From positions 1 to 32,267 of IMG/VR virus record IMGVR_UViG_3300039918_000021: a DNA stretch of 32,267 nucleotides, one strand, 5' to 3'. This document shows positions 24,895-32,267 of the stretch, piece by piece (the stretch's first letter is position 1; each line of letters starts with the position of its first letter). Below the pieces are notes generated by a model. It was not told the origin of the DNA. It ran no database searches and worked only from the letters and a program-made list of their open reading frames with translations. Source of the stretch: a virus (lineage: Duplodnaviria; Caudoviricetes). A program made the position numbers and the translations under genes.

Positions 24895-25142
24895 TGGCCG
24901 CTCTTCTCACGCCCGCGCAGCTCGAGCGCGCCAACGCCATTCTTGGCGACTGGCTGGCCGATCGCATCGAGGTCGAGCTGGGGGATGCCGCGCGCGCCCT
25001 CGATCAGCCACGCCATGCGCTCGGTTTCGCCGTCACCCGCCGCCTTGTCTCGACGCTGTTGCGCAAGCGCGGCTTCACCAAATTCGGGATCGCCGGCTCC
25101 GGCTACGATCGCGATACCCTCTATCGAAAGGCCAACGCATGA
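24894..25142 (+). CDS. Small winged-helix-like protein resembling the Bro-N protein C-terminal domain
   Basis: WLADR.E....AAR...VSTLLRKRGF aligns by eye with WLEDK.E....AAR...ISALLRLFGW. Confidence 0.65.
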   Translation: MAALLTPAQLERANAILGDWLADRIEVELGDAARALDQPRHALGFAVTRRLVSTLLRKRGFTKFGIAGSGYDRDTLYRKANA

Positions 25143-25381
25143 TCGACCATGCCAAAGTGGCGCGCGGCCTGTCGCGCGGCCAGAAATCAACCGTGCTGCA
25201 TATGGATGCCGAGTTTCGCATGCTCGGCTGCAGCGAAGCGACGGCGATCCGCCTGAGCAAGCCTTACGGCCTCCGCCCAGCCCTCACCACCAGCCGGAAA
25301 AGTGAAGCTGGCATCCTGCTGTTCGCGCTGAATGCCGACGGCCTGGCTGTCCAAAAGCATTTGACGGGGCAAGTGGCATGA
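25139..25381 (+). CDS. Hypothetical protein (80 aa)
   Basis: ATGA-coupled at both ends. Confidence 0.65.
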   Translation: MIDHAKVARGLSRGQKSTVLHMDAEFRMLGCSEATAIRLSKPYGLRPALTTSRKSEAGILLFALNADGLAVQKHLTGQVA

Positions 25382-26475
25382 CCCCGCCCGAAGCCGCGCC
25401 GATGCGCGAGGATGTGACGCAACTTCTACCGTGCCCCCGGTGCGGTAACAGGGCGTTTTTAACGATCAATTTTGAGGTTTGGTGCCGCACCGATAGGTGC
25501 CTTAAACTTCCTCCACGCGCGTCCCGTGCCGAGGCAGCCGATGCATGGAATACGCGTTCCTACACCGCCCGCCCCGACGCCGGGGATGAGGTCGAGCGGG
25601 TGTGCCGTGTTCTAGCCAAGGCGGATGGCCTCGATTGGGACGAGGTGTGCGCTTACGAAAAGGGCACCGCAGAGGAAATCGGCGACGCGAGCTGCAACAG
25701 CAGCACGTGCGTGGCAGCACATTACGAAGACCATGATCCGGATGTTGCAAGGGGCCGCTATCGCAAGCAGGCCGAGGCGATTGCCGCGCACTATTCCGCC
25801 GCCATGCGCGAAGGGGTGGACCGGGTGGCGTATCCCGATATCGGCCCTGATCCGATGAAGGGCGATCGTTCTGACCGTTTCGAAGAGGCTATAGCGCGGG
25901 TGCGCGAGGATGTGACGCAGGCTGATCGTGATCTTGCTGAGGCGATCGTTTCGCATACCCGAGGATATGCTGTGCGCCTCCCCAACGACGGCCATACCGC
26001 TATTCAGCTTGCTGCGCGTTTTCGCCTCGCCCACACCGCCCACCCCGATGCCGGGGATGCCGGTCGGTATCACTTCACCGACGAAAACCCGTTCGAAGTC
26101 CGCACTGTTGAGGGAACGAAGAAACTAGGGCGTGGGTGGTTGGCAATCACTGAAGCCGAGTACGCAGGTCTTCGCGCCCGCCCCGACGCCGGGGATGAGG
26201 TCGAGCGGGTGGCGAGGGCGATCTCGCATGTCGTCAATCCGTGGGATCACGATGGCGACCAATGGGAAGGCTACGAAGACGAAGCACGCGCCGCACTAGC
26301 CGCCATGCGCGAGGGGGTGGACCGGGGGATGGTGGAGGAAGTGCCTGCCGTACCTGAATGGCTGGCGAAGGTGCTTGCAGAGAATGTGGCCCGTTTCGAC
26401 GCTCTACCCCTAGCAATCAAGAATGCCCGGTTCTCGTATGTCGCCGCCGCCGCCCTCTCGCGCAAGGGAGGGTGA
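25378..26475 (+). CDS. Lar (restriction alleviation)-like N-terminus fused to modular repeat region (365 aa)
   Basis: LLPCPRCG...C...C...AEAADAWNTR; internal repeats ARPDAGDEVERV, AAMREGVDR, REDVTQ. Confidence 0.75.
   Translation: MTPPEAAPMREDVTQLLPCPRCGNRAFLTINFEVWCRTDRCLKLPPRASRAEAADAWNTRSYTARPDAGDEVERVCRVLAKADGLDWDEVCAYEKGTAEEIGDASCNSSTCVAAHYEDHDPDVARGRYRKQAEAIAAHYSAAMREGVDRVAYPDIGPDPMKGDRSDRFEEAIARVREDVTQADRDLAEAIVSHTRGYAVRLPNDGHTAIQLAARFRLAHTAHPDAGDAGRYHFTDENPFEVRTVEGTKKLGRGWLAITEAEYAGLRARPDAGDEVERVARAISHVVNPWDHDGDQWEGYEDEARAALAAMREGVDRGMVEEVPAVPEWLAKVLAENVARFDALPLAIKNARFSYVAAAALSRKGG
25403..26326 (+). repeat. Three families of intragenic direct repeats
   Basis: 19 bp (25403, 25901); 37 bp identical (25566, 26175; partial third at 26033); 28 bp with 1 mismatch (25798, 26299). 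Confidence 0.85.
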
Positions 26476-26479
26476 GGGG

Positions 26480-27664
26480 ATGGGTGACGGCACCCAGATC
26501 GAATGGACCGATGCGACGGTAAATGTCGTCAATGGCTGTACCGTGTGTTCGCCCGGTTGCGCCAACTGCTACGCGATGCGCGCAGGCGGTCGTAATCTTC
26601 CGGGGCACCCGTCTACCGGGCTCACAAAGCCGAGCAAGGCCGGGCATGTCTGGACGGGCGAAGTGCGGTTCAATGAGCGGGCCTTGCTCCAACCGCTGCG
26701 GTGGAAGCGCCCACGGCGCATCTTCTGGAACGCCCATGGCGACCTGTTCCACGAGAACGTGCCAGACGACTGGATCGACCGCTGCTTTGCGGTGATGGCG
26801 CTCACGCCGCAGCACCAGCACCAAGTGCTGACCAAGCGGTCGGCGCGGATGCGGGCTTATTTCGCGGAGCGGTGGCAGGGCACGCCTGCTCGCCAGATCG
26901 ATTGCGGGTCTGCCGGGATCATCGATATTCCCGCCGGTGGCGAAACAGGAAGGCGATATCAGATTGAGATAGCATGCGAGGAGCTGATCCTTGACCTCGA
27001 TTTGGCCGACACCGAGAATGATGCGCTCTGGACCGACGACGGATCGCTAATACTGTCGCAGTGGCAATGGCCGTTGCCGAACGTCTGGCTGGGCGTCTCG
27101 GTCGAGGATCAGCAGCGTGCCGACGAACGCATTCCCGATTTGCTGGCGACACCGGCGGCGACGCGGTTCCTCTCGTGCGAGCCCCTGTTGGGACCGATCG
27201 ATCTGACCCGTGTCTTTCTTGGCGAGGGGGGATTCGATCCTGCCTCGGATGCAGGGCCCGAGTGGAAAGCGATCAAATCGGTCCGCTTCAACGTAAACGC
27301 ACTGGTAGGTGCTCCTTCGATTGCTTGGGGCAAGCTTGACTGGGTAATTGTCGGTGGAGAGAGCGGCCCCGGCGCGCGACCGATGCATCCGGACTGGGCA
27401 CGCTCCCTGCGCGACCAGTGCGCGGCTGCGAGCGTGCCGTTCCTGTTCAAGCAATGGGGGGATTGGCGTGAGACTAATGGCCCCAAGACGACCAGTCACC
27501 ATCGCGCAGTGGGTGCTGGCACGCACTGGCTGAATAGCGCAGGTGTCCTTCGCCCGATCTCTGAACTGGGATCTATCTATCACGAATACAAGGTCGCGAT
27601 GCTCGGCAAGAAGGCTGCCGGTCGCCTTCTCGACGGCGTGCAGCATGACGGGATGCCGTCGTGA
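26480..27664 (+). CDS. DUF5131 / phage Gp37-Gp68 family protein
   Basis: TQIEWTDAT.N..GCT..SPGCANCYA, GDLFHE, QVLTKR, LPNVWLGVSVEDQ, FLSCEPLLG, WVIVGGESG, FLFKQWG. Confidence 0.92.
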   Translation: MGDGTQIEWTDATVNVVNGCTVCSPGCANCYAMRAGGRNLPGHPSTGLTKPSKAGHVWTGEVRFNERALLQPLRWKRPRRIFWNAHGDLFHENVPDDWIDRCFAVMALTPQHQHQVLTKRSARMRAYFAERWQGTPARQIDCGSAGIIDIPAGGETGRRYQIEIACEELILDLDLADTENDALWTDDGSLILSQWQWPLPNVWLGVSVEDQQRADERIPDLLATPAATRFLSCEPLLGPIDLTRVFLGEGGFDPASDAGPEWKAIKSVRFNVNALVGAPSIAWGKLDWVIVGGESGPGARPMHPDWARSLRDQCAAASVPFLFKQWGDWRETNGPKTTSHHRAVGAGTHWLNSAGVLRPISELGSIYHEYKVAMLGKKAAGRLLDGVQHDGMPS

Positions 27665-27900
27665 GCGGATCCATTTCAATCCGCTGCGGATCGAATTACT
27701 ATGTCGGTAGACGCGACGCGCGTGAAACCGCCGTTGTCTGTGTAGCCGACGCGTCGCAGACAGCGGGACTGGTGAGGGCCGGCCGGGGCTACGGGGAAGG
27801 GGATAACCGCAGCTCTACCTACCGTCCTGCGGATGTATCGCAGCACCCCGCGCCCACATCGCGACGCGTCGATGCTGCCATGCGCGGGGCTGTGGCATGA
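27661..27900 (+). CDS. Possible hypothetical protein (79 aa)
   Basis: GTGA-coupled but no recognisable motif. Confidence 0.3.
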   Translation: MSGSISIRCGSNYYVGRRDARETAVVCVADASQTAGLVRAGRGYGEGDNRSSTYRPADVSQHPAPTSRRVDAAMRGAVA

Positions 27901-27938
27901 CGGCATGCCGTTATGAGCGAGCGGCAGGGTAGCTTGCT

Positions 27939-28433
27939 GTGACCTTCGACCCGCACTTCCGCTTCTATCGCGAGGATCCGCAGTCCCGCCCCTGCGCGCA
28001 TAGCCTTGACGATTGCGCGAACGAGCTGCGCGAGGAAATGGCGGCGCGGCGCGAACTCTATCCGGCGTTGGTGGCCAAGGGGCGGATGACCAACGAGGCG
28101 ATGGCGCGGGAGTTGCGGGTGATGTCGGCCATTCTGTGGGAACATATTTTCCCGATCGAGGCACGCGGAGCCAAGCAACCGTTCGCCACCTGGACGGAGA
28201 AGGTGCACGCCTTGCGCCGCGAGATCGGGCTGCGGCGCACACTGTACCCGCGCTGGATCCTTGCCGGTCGCATCGATCCGGCCATCGCCGATACGCGGCT
28301 CACCCTCCTGGAGGAACTGCACGAACTCTACTGGTTTGGCAGTCAAAGCGCCGAAGCCATTGCCGCGCGGGCCGAGACGATGGCGCGCGCGCAGGTCCGG
28401 AACCCGACAAAGCCACTGCAACACGCCGCTTGA
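27939..28433 (+). CDS. Hypothetical phage protein with tandem duplicated helical motif
   Basis: LREEMAARRELYPALVAKGRM and LRREIGLRRTLYPRWILAGRI. Confidence 0.75.
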   Translation: MTFDPHFRFYREDPQSRPCAHSLDDCANELREEMAARRELYPALVAKGRMTNEAMARELRVMSAILWEHIFPIEARGAKQPFATWTEKVHALRREIGLRRTLYPRWILAGRIDPAIADTRLTLLEELHELYWFGSQSAEAIAARAETMARAQVRNPTKPLQHAA

Positions 28434-28497
28434 CCGTTCCGCCCAAATGGGCGGACATTAGGACACCCTTCGCGCCACCATCTGAGGGCCCGCCACC

Positions 28498-29799
28498 ATG
28501 AAAATCTCCGTTCCCGGTCTGGTCGCCAAGAAAACCGCCACGGGCACGCGCTATTATTGGACGCCATCGCCCACGCTCAGCAAGGCGGGATGGAAGAGCC
28601 AGGCGCTTGGCCGCGACATCGAGGCCGCGATCGCCGCAGCGAAGAAGCGCAACGAGGAAGTCGCCAACTGGCGCACCGGCGGTGCCAAACCGCGCGCCAT
28701 CGCCAAGTTCGTCGCGCGCGCCACCGTCGATCATGTCATCGCCCAGTATAAGGCCGATGGCTATCCGCGCGTGAAGAAGGGCGGCCGCTTTGGCGATGAC
28801 CGGTTCATCGGCGAAAACACCCGCATCGAATATGACAGCAAGTTGAAGGCGATTTCCGCCTGGGCAGGATCGGAGCCGATCGCGGCGATCACGCCAGACA
28901 ATGTCGCGGTGTTCCGCGATGCGCTGCTCGTCCCCAAAAAGGGTGTCGTTCGGCTCACTACGGCACATGGCACGCTGCGCGTGCTGCGAACGCTGTGCGC
29001 CTATGCCAAGAGCAAGAAATGGATCGAGACCAACCCGGCGCTTGATTTCGATTTGCCCGCTCCGCCACCGCGCCAGCAGGTGGCAAGTCCCGAGGCGCGT
29101 GCGGCCTTGCTCGCCGCTGCAGACGATGCCGGGGAGCCGAATATGGCGCTGGCCATGCTGTTGGGCTGGAAGATCGGCCAACGCGAAGGCGATTTGCTGC
29201 GCACGCTCCAGACGCAATATGTCGAAATCCCGTCCTACAAGCTCGATGCGGAGGTATTTGCCTCTTTGGCTGCCATGGCCCCCGACGGGCGCGTCATGGG
29301 CATTCGCCTGCGCCAGGGAAAGACGAGGGTCTGGATCGAGGTGCCCGTGGTCGCTGATGAGCGCACGCGCATCGAGGCCGCGATCGAGCGGGCGCGTGCG
29401 GTCGGCATTGCGACGCTCCTGTATGACGAGCGCGACAATAAGACGTGGACCAGCGGCGACAATAAGGAGCGCCGCAGCCGGGCGATGTATTTCCAGCGTC
29501 GCTTCGCCGAACTCCGCCAGAGCGCAGCGGACAAGGCAAAGCGCGACGGCCTTGCCGAATTGTCCGCCGATTTGCTGGATCTGCAATTCCGCGATTTCCG
29601 CCGCACCTGTGTCGTCGTGCTTGGAGAGCTGGGCTTGGCCGATCAACTGATCGCCGCGATCACCGGCCACAGTCTCGACGAAACGAAGCGCATTCTGGAG
29701 GTGTACATGCCGCGCACCACCGGCATGGCCGCGCGCGCGATCATGATGAGCGCCGAACGCGACGCGCGCAATGCCAAGCGCAACGGGGCGAGTGCGTGA
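28498..29799 (+). CDS. int: Tyrosine recombinase / phage integrase
   Basis: GQREGDL, RQGKT, FRDFRRT, ITGHS and catalytic Tyr in ILEVY; adjacent to a tRNA. Confidence 0.93.
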   Translation: MKISVPGLVAKKTATGTRYYWTPSPTLSKAGWKSQALGRDIEAAIAAAKKRNEEVANWRTGGAKPRAIAKFVARATVDHVIAQYKADGYPRVKKGGRFGDDRFIGENTRIEYDSKLKAISAWAGSEPIAAITPDNVAVFRDALLVPKKGVVRLTTAHGTLRVLRTLCAYAKSKKWIETNPALDFDLPAPPPRQQVASPEARAALLAAADDAGEPNMALAMLLGWKIGQREGDLLRTLQTQYVEIPSYKLDAEVFASLAAMAPDGRVMGIRLRQGKTRVWIEVPVVADERTRIEAAIERARAVGIATLLYDERDNKTWTSGDNKERRSRAMYFQRRFAELRQSAADKAKRDGLAELSADLLDLQFRDFRRTCVVVLGELGLADQLIAAITGHSLDETKRILEVYMPRTTGMAARAIMMSAERDARNAKRNGASA

Positions 29800-29820
29800 C
29801 CAGCACCCCCAGCCGCGCGG

Positions 29821-29850
29821 CTTGCGTCAACGCCATGTGCACGCTATCGC
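29821..29850 (+). promoter_or_regulatory. Sigma70-like promoter upstream of tRNA-Gly
   Basis: CTTGCGT-N17-TATCGC, resembling the alphaproteobacterial CTTGAC-N17-CTATAT consensus. Confidence 0.5.
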
Positions 29851-29867
29851 AAACGCGCATCGACGCG

Positions 29868-29937
29868 GATTGTCGGAATTCCGACAATCGGAATGTCGGA
29901 ACGCAGTCTGACGAGACGCCACAGAATGGCGGAATTG
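29868..29937. repeat. 22-bp perfect palindrome and TCGGAA repeats (candidate integrase arm sites)
   Basis: GATTGTCGGAATTCCGACAATC (29868-29889), further TCGGAA at 29888 and 29896, GCGGAAT near 29929. Confidence 0.6.
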
Positions 29938-29946
29938 CTGGGCTTA

Positions 29947-30020
29947 GCGGGTATAGTACAATGGTAGTACAGCAGCCTTCCAAGCTGAATACACGGGTTC
30001 GATTCCCGTTACCCGCTCCA
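29947..30020 (+). tRNA. tRNA-Gly(TCC), probable integration target
   Basis: GCGGGTA/TACCCGC acceptor stem, CT-TCC-AA anticodon loop, GGTTCGATTCC T arm, encoded CCA; 74 nt. Confidence 0.97.
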
Positions 30021-30040
30021 GCCCGTGTCCCGGCACAGGC

Positions 30041-30655
30041 ATGACCGCAATCTCCTTTCCCAAGGCGCAGGACGCGATCGTCGCGGTCGGGCGCTGGCTT
30101 GATGGCAAAGGCTGGGCTCCCGCGACATCGGGCAATTATTCGGCGCGGCTGGACGACGGCAGCTTCGCCGTCACCGTATCCGGTCGCCACAAGGGACGCC
30201 TGACGCGTGACGATGTGATGCGCGTGGATGCAGAAGGCGTGTCGCTCGACGGAAAGAAACCCTCCGCCGAAACCGCGCTGCACCTGACGCTATACCGTCT
30301 GTTTCCCGCATGCGGCGCAATACTGCACAGCCACTCGGCCACCGCAGTAGGCCTCAGCCGCGCGACGCCAGGCGATGGATATACCCTTACCGGCCACGAA
30401 ATGCTGAAGGCCCTGCCCGGCATCGTGACGCATGAGACATCGGCGGTGCTGCCGATCGTCGACAACAGCCAAGACATGGCCGTGCTCGACGCGGCAATCA
30501 CCCCTCGCCTGCTGGCACCGGGTGCAATCCCGGCCTATCTCATCCGCAGCCACGGTTTGTATGGCTGGGGCCAGGACATGGCCGAGGCCGAGCGCGTGAT
30601 CGAGGCGGTGGAATGGATGATCGCCGCCGAACTGGCCGAAAGGAGCTTTCGATGA
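30041..30655 (+). CDS. mtnB: Methylthioribulose-1-phosphate dehydratase
   Basis: GWAPATSGNYS, KPSAETALH, HSHS, HGLYGWG. Confidence 0.95.
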   Translation: MTAISFPKAQDAIVAVGRWLDGKGWAPATSGNYSARLDDGSFAVTVSGRHKGRLTRDDVMRVDAEGVSLDGKKPSAETALHLTLYRLFPACGAILHSHSATAVGLSRATPGDGYTLTGHEMLKALPGIVTHETSAVLPIVDNSQDMAVLDAAITPRLLAPGAIPAYLIRSHGLYGWGQDMAEAERVIEAVEWMIAAELAERSFR

Positions 30656-31194
30656 GCCGCCTGCAAGTCTTTGCCGAGGATGATGCCGCGACGCCGCTGC
30701 TCGACACCACCGACGCCGCTGAGATCGAGGCGACGCTGCAGGAGGCCGGGGTCCGTTTCGAACGCTGGCCGCTCAAGCCCGTCACAGCCGACAGCGATGT
30801 GCTCACGGTCTATGCCGACGAAGTGGCGCGGCTGACGGCAGACGGCGGCTATCAGTCGATCGATGTCGCGCGGATCGCGCCCGATCATCCCGACCGCGCG
30901 ACGCTGCGCGAAAAATTCCTGTCCGAACACACGCATGGCGAGGATGAAGTGCGCTTCTTCATCGACGGCGAAGGGCTGTTCACGCTCCACCATGACGGGC
31001 GCGTGTTCAACATGCTGTGCTGCGCGGGGGATTTGATCTCGGTGCCAGCCGGGATGCGGCATTGGTTCGATATGGGGGCAGCCCCGCGCTTTACCGCGAT
31101 CCGGCTGTTCGTGAACCCCGATGGCTGGGTCGCCGCCTTTACCGGCAGCGACATTGCCGAGCGCTTCCCGCGCCTGGAACCCGCAACCGCGTGA
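30652..31194 (+). CDS. mtnD: Acireductone dioxygenase
   Basis: [30 protein letters not shown]. Confidence 0.95.
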   Translation: MSRLQVFAEDDAATPLLDTTDAAEIEATLQEAGVRFERWPLKPVTADSDVLTVYADEVARLTADGGYQSIDVARIAPDHPDRATLREKFLSEHTHGEDEVRFFIDGEGLFTLHHDGRVFNMLCCAGDLISVPAGMRHWFDMGAAPRFTAIRLFVNPDGWVAAFTGSDIAERFPRLEPATA

Positions 31195-31820
31195 AGGCGA
31201 TCCTCACCGATATCGAGGGCACCACGTCAAGCATCGCCTTCGTCGCGGAGGTGTTGTTTCCGTATGCCCGTACACGCCTGGCCGACTATATTGCGGCGCA
31301 CCCGGCGGAAACCGCGCCGATCCTGGCCGAAGTCGCCGCCAGCGAACCCGGCGACGCGGTCGCCACGCTGCTGCGCTGGATCGATGAAGATCGAAAGGCG
31401 ACCCCGCTCAAGGCGCTGCAAGGCATGATCTGGGCCGATGGCTATGCCTCCGGCGCTTTTACCGGGCATATCTATCCCGATGCGGCCGCAGGCTTGCATC
31501 GCTGGCACGCGGCGGGGATCAAGCTCTACGTCTTTTCGTCCGGCTCAGTGCCCGCGCAGAAACTGCTTTTCGGACATAGTGAGGCAGGTGATCTGACCCC
31601 GCTCTTTTCGGGCTATTTCGACACCACCACCGGGCCGAAGCGTGAGGCCTCCTCCTATGCCAGGATCGCCGCGGCGATCGGGATGTCGCCGGGCGAGGTG
31701 CTGTTCCTGTCGGACACGCCCGAGGAAATCGCAGCAGCACGCGGTGCGGGGATGAACGCGCGACTGATCGATCGCTCGGGCGACGGCGGGGATATCATCA
31801 CCTTCGACGATCTCTTGTAA
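31191..31820 (+). CDS. mtnC: Enolase-phosphatase E1
   Basis: [42 protein letters not shown]. Confidence 0.95.
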   Translation: MKAILTDIEGTTSSIAFVAEVLFPYARTRLADYIAAHPAETAPILAEVAASEPGDAVATLLRWIDEDRKATPLKALQGMIWADGYASGAFTGHIYPDAAAGLHRWHAAGIKLYVFSSGSVPAQKLLFGHSEAGDLTPLFSGYFDTTTGPKREASSYARIAAAIGMSPGEVLFLSDTPEEIAAARGAGMNARLIDRSGDGGDIITFDDLL

Positions 31821-31829
31821 GGACCCGCG

Positions 31830-32267
31830 ATGATCCTCCAAGGCACGCATCAACGCTCGATCACGCGCACCGCCGATGGCGCGGGCGCTCGCATTCTTGA
31901 CCAGCGCGAACTGCCGTGGACCGTGAAATGGGTCGAACTCCGCTCAGCGCGCGATGCCGAGCGGGCAATCCGGGAGATGTGGACGCGCGGCGCGCCACTG
32001 ATCGGTGCGACCGCAGCCTATGGGCTGGCGATGGCACTGGCGGAGGACGGATCGGACGGCGCGCTTGATGCGGCCTACACGTTGTTGCTCGACTCGCGCC
32101 CGACTGCGGTCAATCTGAAATGGGCGCTCGATCAGGTTATGGAGACGGTACGCCCCCTCCCCGCCACTGACCGTGCCCAAGCCGCGTTCGCGCGCGCCGA
32201 TGCCATTTGCGACGAGGATGTCGCGCTGAACCAGGCGATCGGCGAACACGGCCTCGCGCTGTTCCGC
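31830..32267 (+). CDS. mtnA: Methylthioribose-1-phosphate isomerase (partial)
   Basis: Hand translation: ILDQRELP, AIREMWTRGAPLIGATAAYG, SRPTAVNLKWAL; runs off window. Confidence 0.93.
   Translation, partial: MILQGTHQRSITRTADGAGARILDQRELPWTVKWVELRSARDAERAIREMWTRGAPLIGATAAYGLAMALAEDGSDGALDAAYTLLLDSRPTAVNLKWALDQVMETVRPLPATDRAQAAFARADAICDEDVALNQAIGEHGLALFR

Larger units (their letters stand above)
1..29946. mobile_element. Integrated temperate podovirus-like prophage (left end outside window)
   Basis: Contiguous terminase, portal, scaffold, capsid, tail tubular and internal virion genes, primase/helicase, cI/cro switch, early genes and integrase ending just before a tRNA; host metabolic genes follow the tRNA. 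Confidence 0.95.

Noticed and set aside
29587-29610. Integrase inactivated by loss of the HxxR histidine (FRDFRR)
   Set aside because: This position is known to vary among tyrosine recombinases; the other catalytic residues and the frame are intact.
30041-32267. mtn genes as phage auxiliary metabolic genes
   Set aside because: They lie beyond the integrase and tRNA boundary and form an ordinary chromosomal operon.

Overview
About 29.9 kb of a temperate podovirus-type prophage (T7/BPP-1-like virion genes, lambdoid-type immunity region, P4-like primase plus helicase, tyrosine integrase) in a GC-rich alphaproteobacterial chromosome (Sphingomonas-like by inference). Its right end abuts the 5' side of tRNA-Gly(TCC), followed by the host methionine-salvage operon mtnB-mtnD-mtnC-mtnA. 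The left end, with the expected tail-fibre and lysis genes, lies outside the window. The most interesting signals are regulatory. (1) An alphaproteobacterial LexA box and promoter point antisense into cro and precede an ORF that reads in frame into a CI repressor lacking an autocleavage domain. (2) A 106-108 nt structured leader and a shared CTTGACG-N12-CGTGAGA promoter motif occur both upstream of the major capsid gene and upstream of a large internal virion gene, with one compensatory base-pair change between copies. (3) A 2.15 kb cassette flanked by a 19-bp direct repeat carries the second leader copy, a C4 antisense RNA-controlled Bro-N antirepressor and two envelope proteins. (4) The prophage appears to supply the promoter for the tRNA and mtn operon. 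(5) A Lar-like protein is built from variable segments between repeated DNA linkers. All calls come from reading the sequence by eye; no database searches or folding programs were run.
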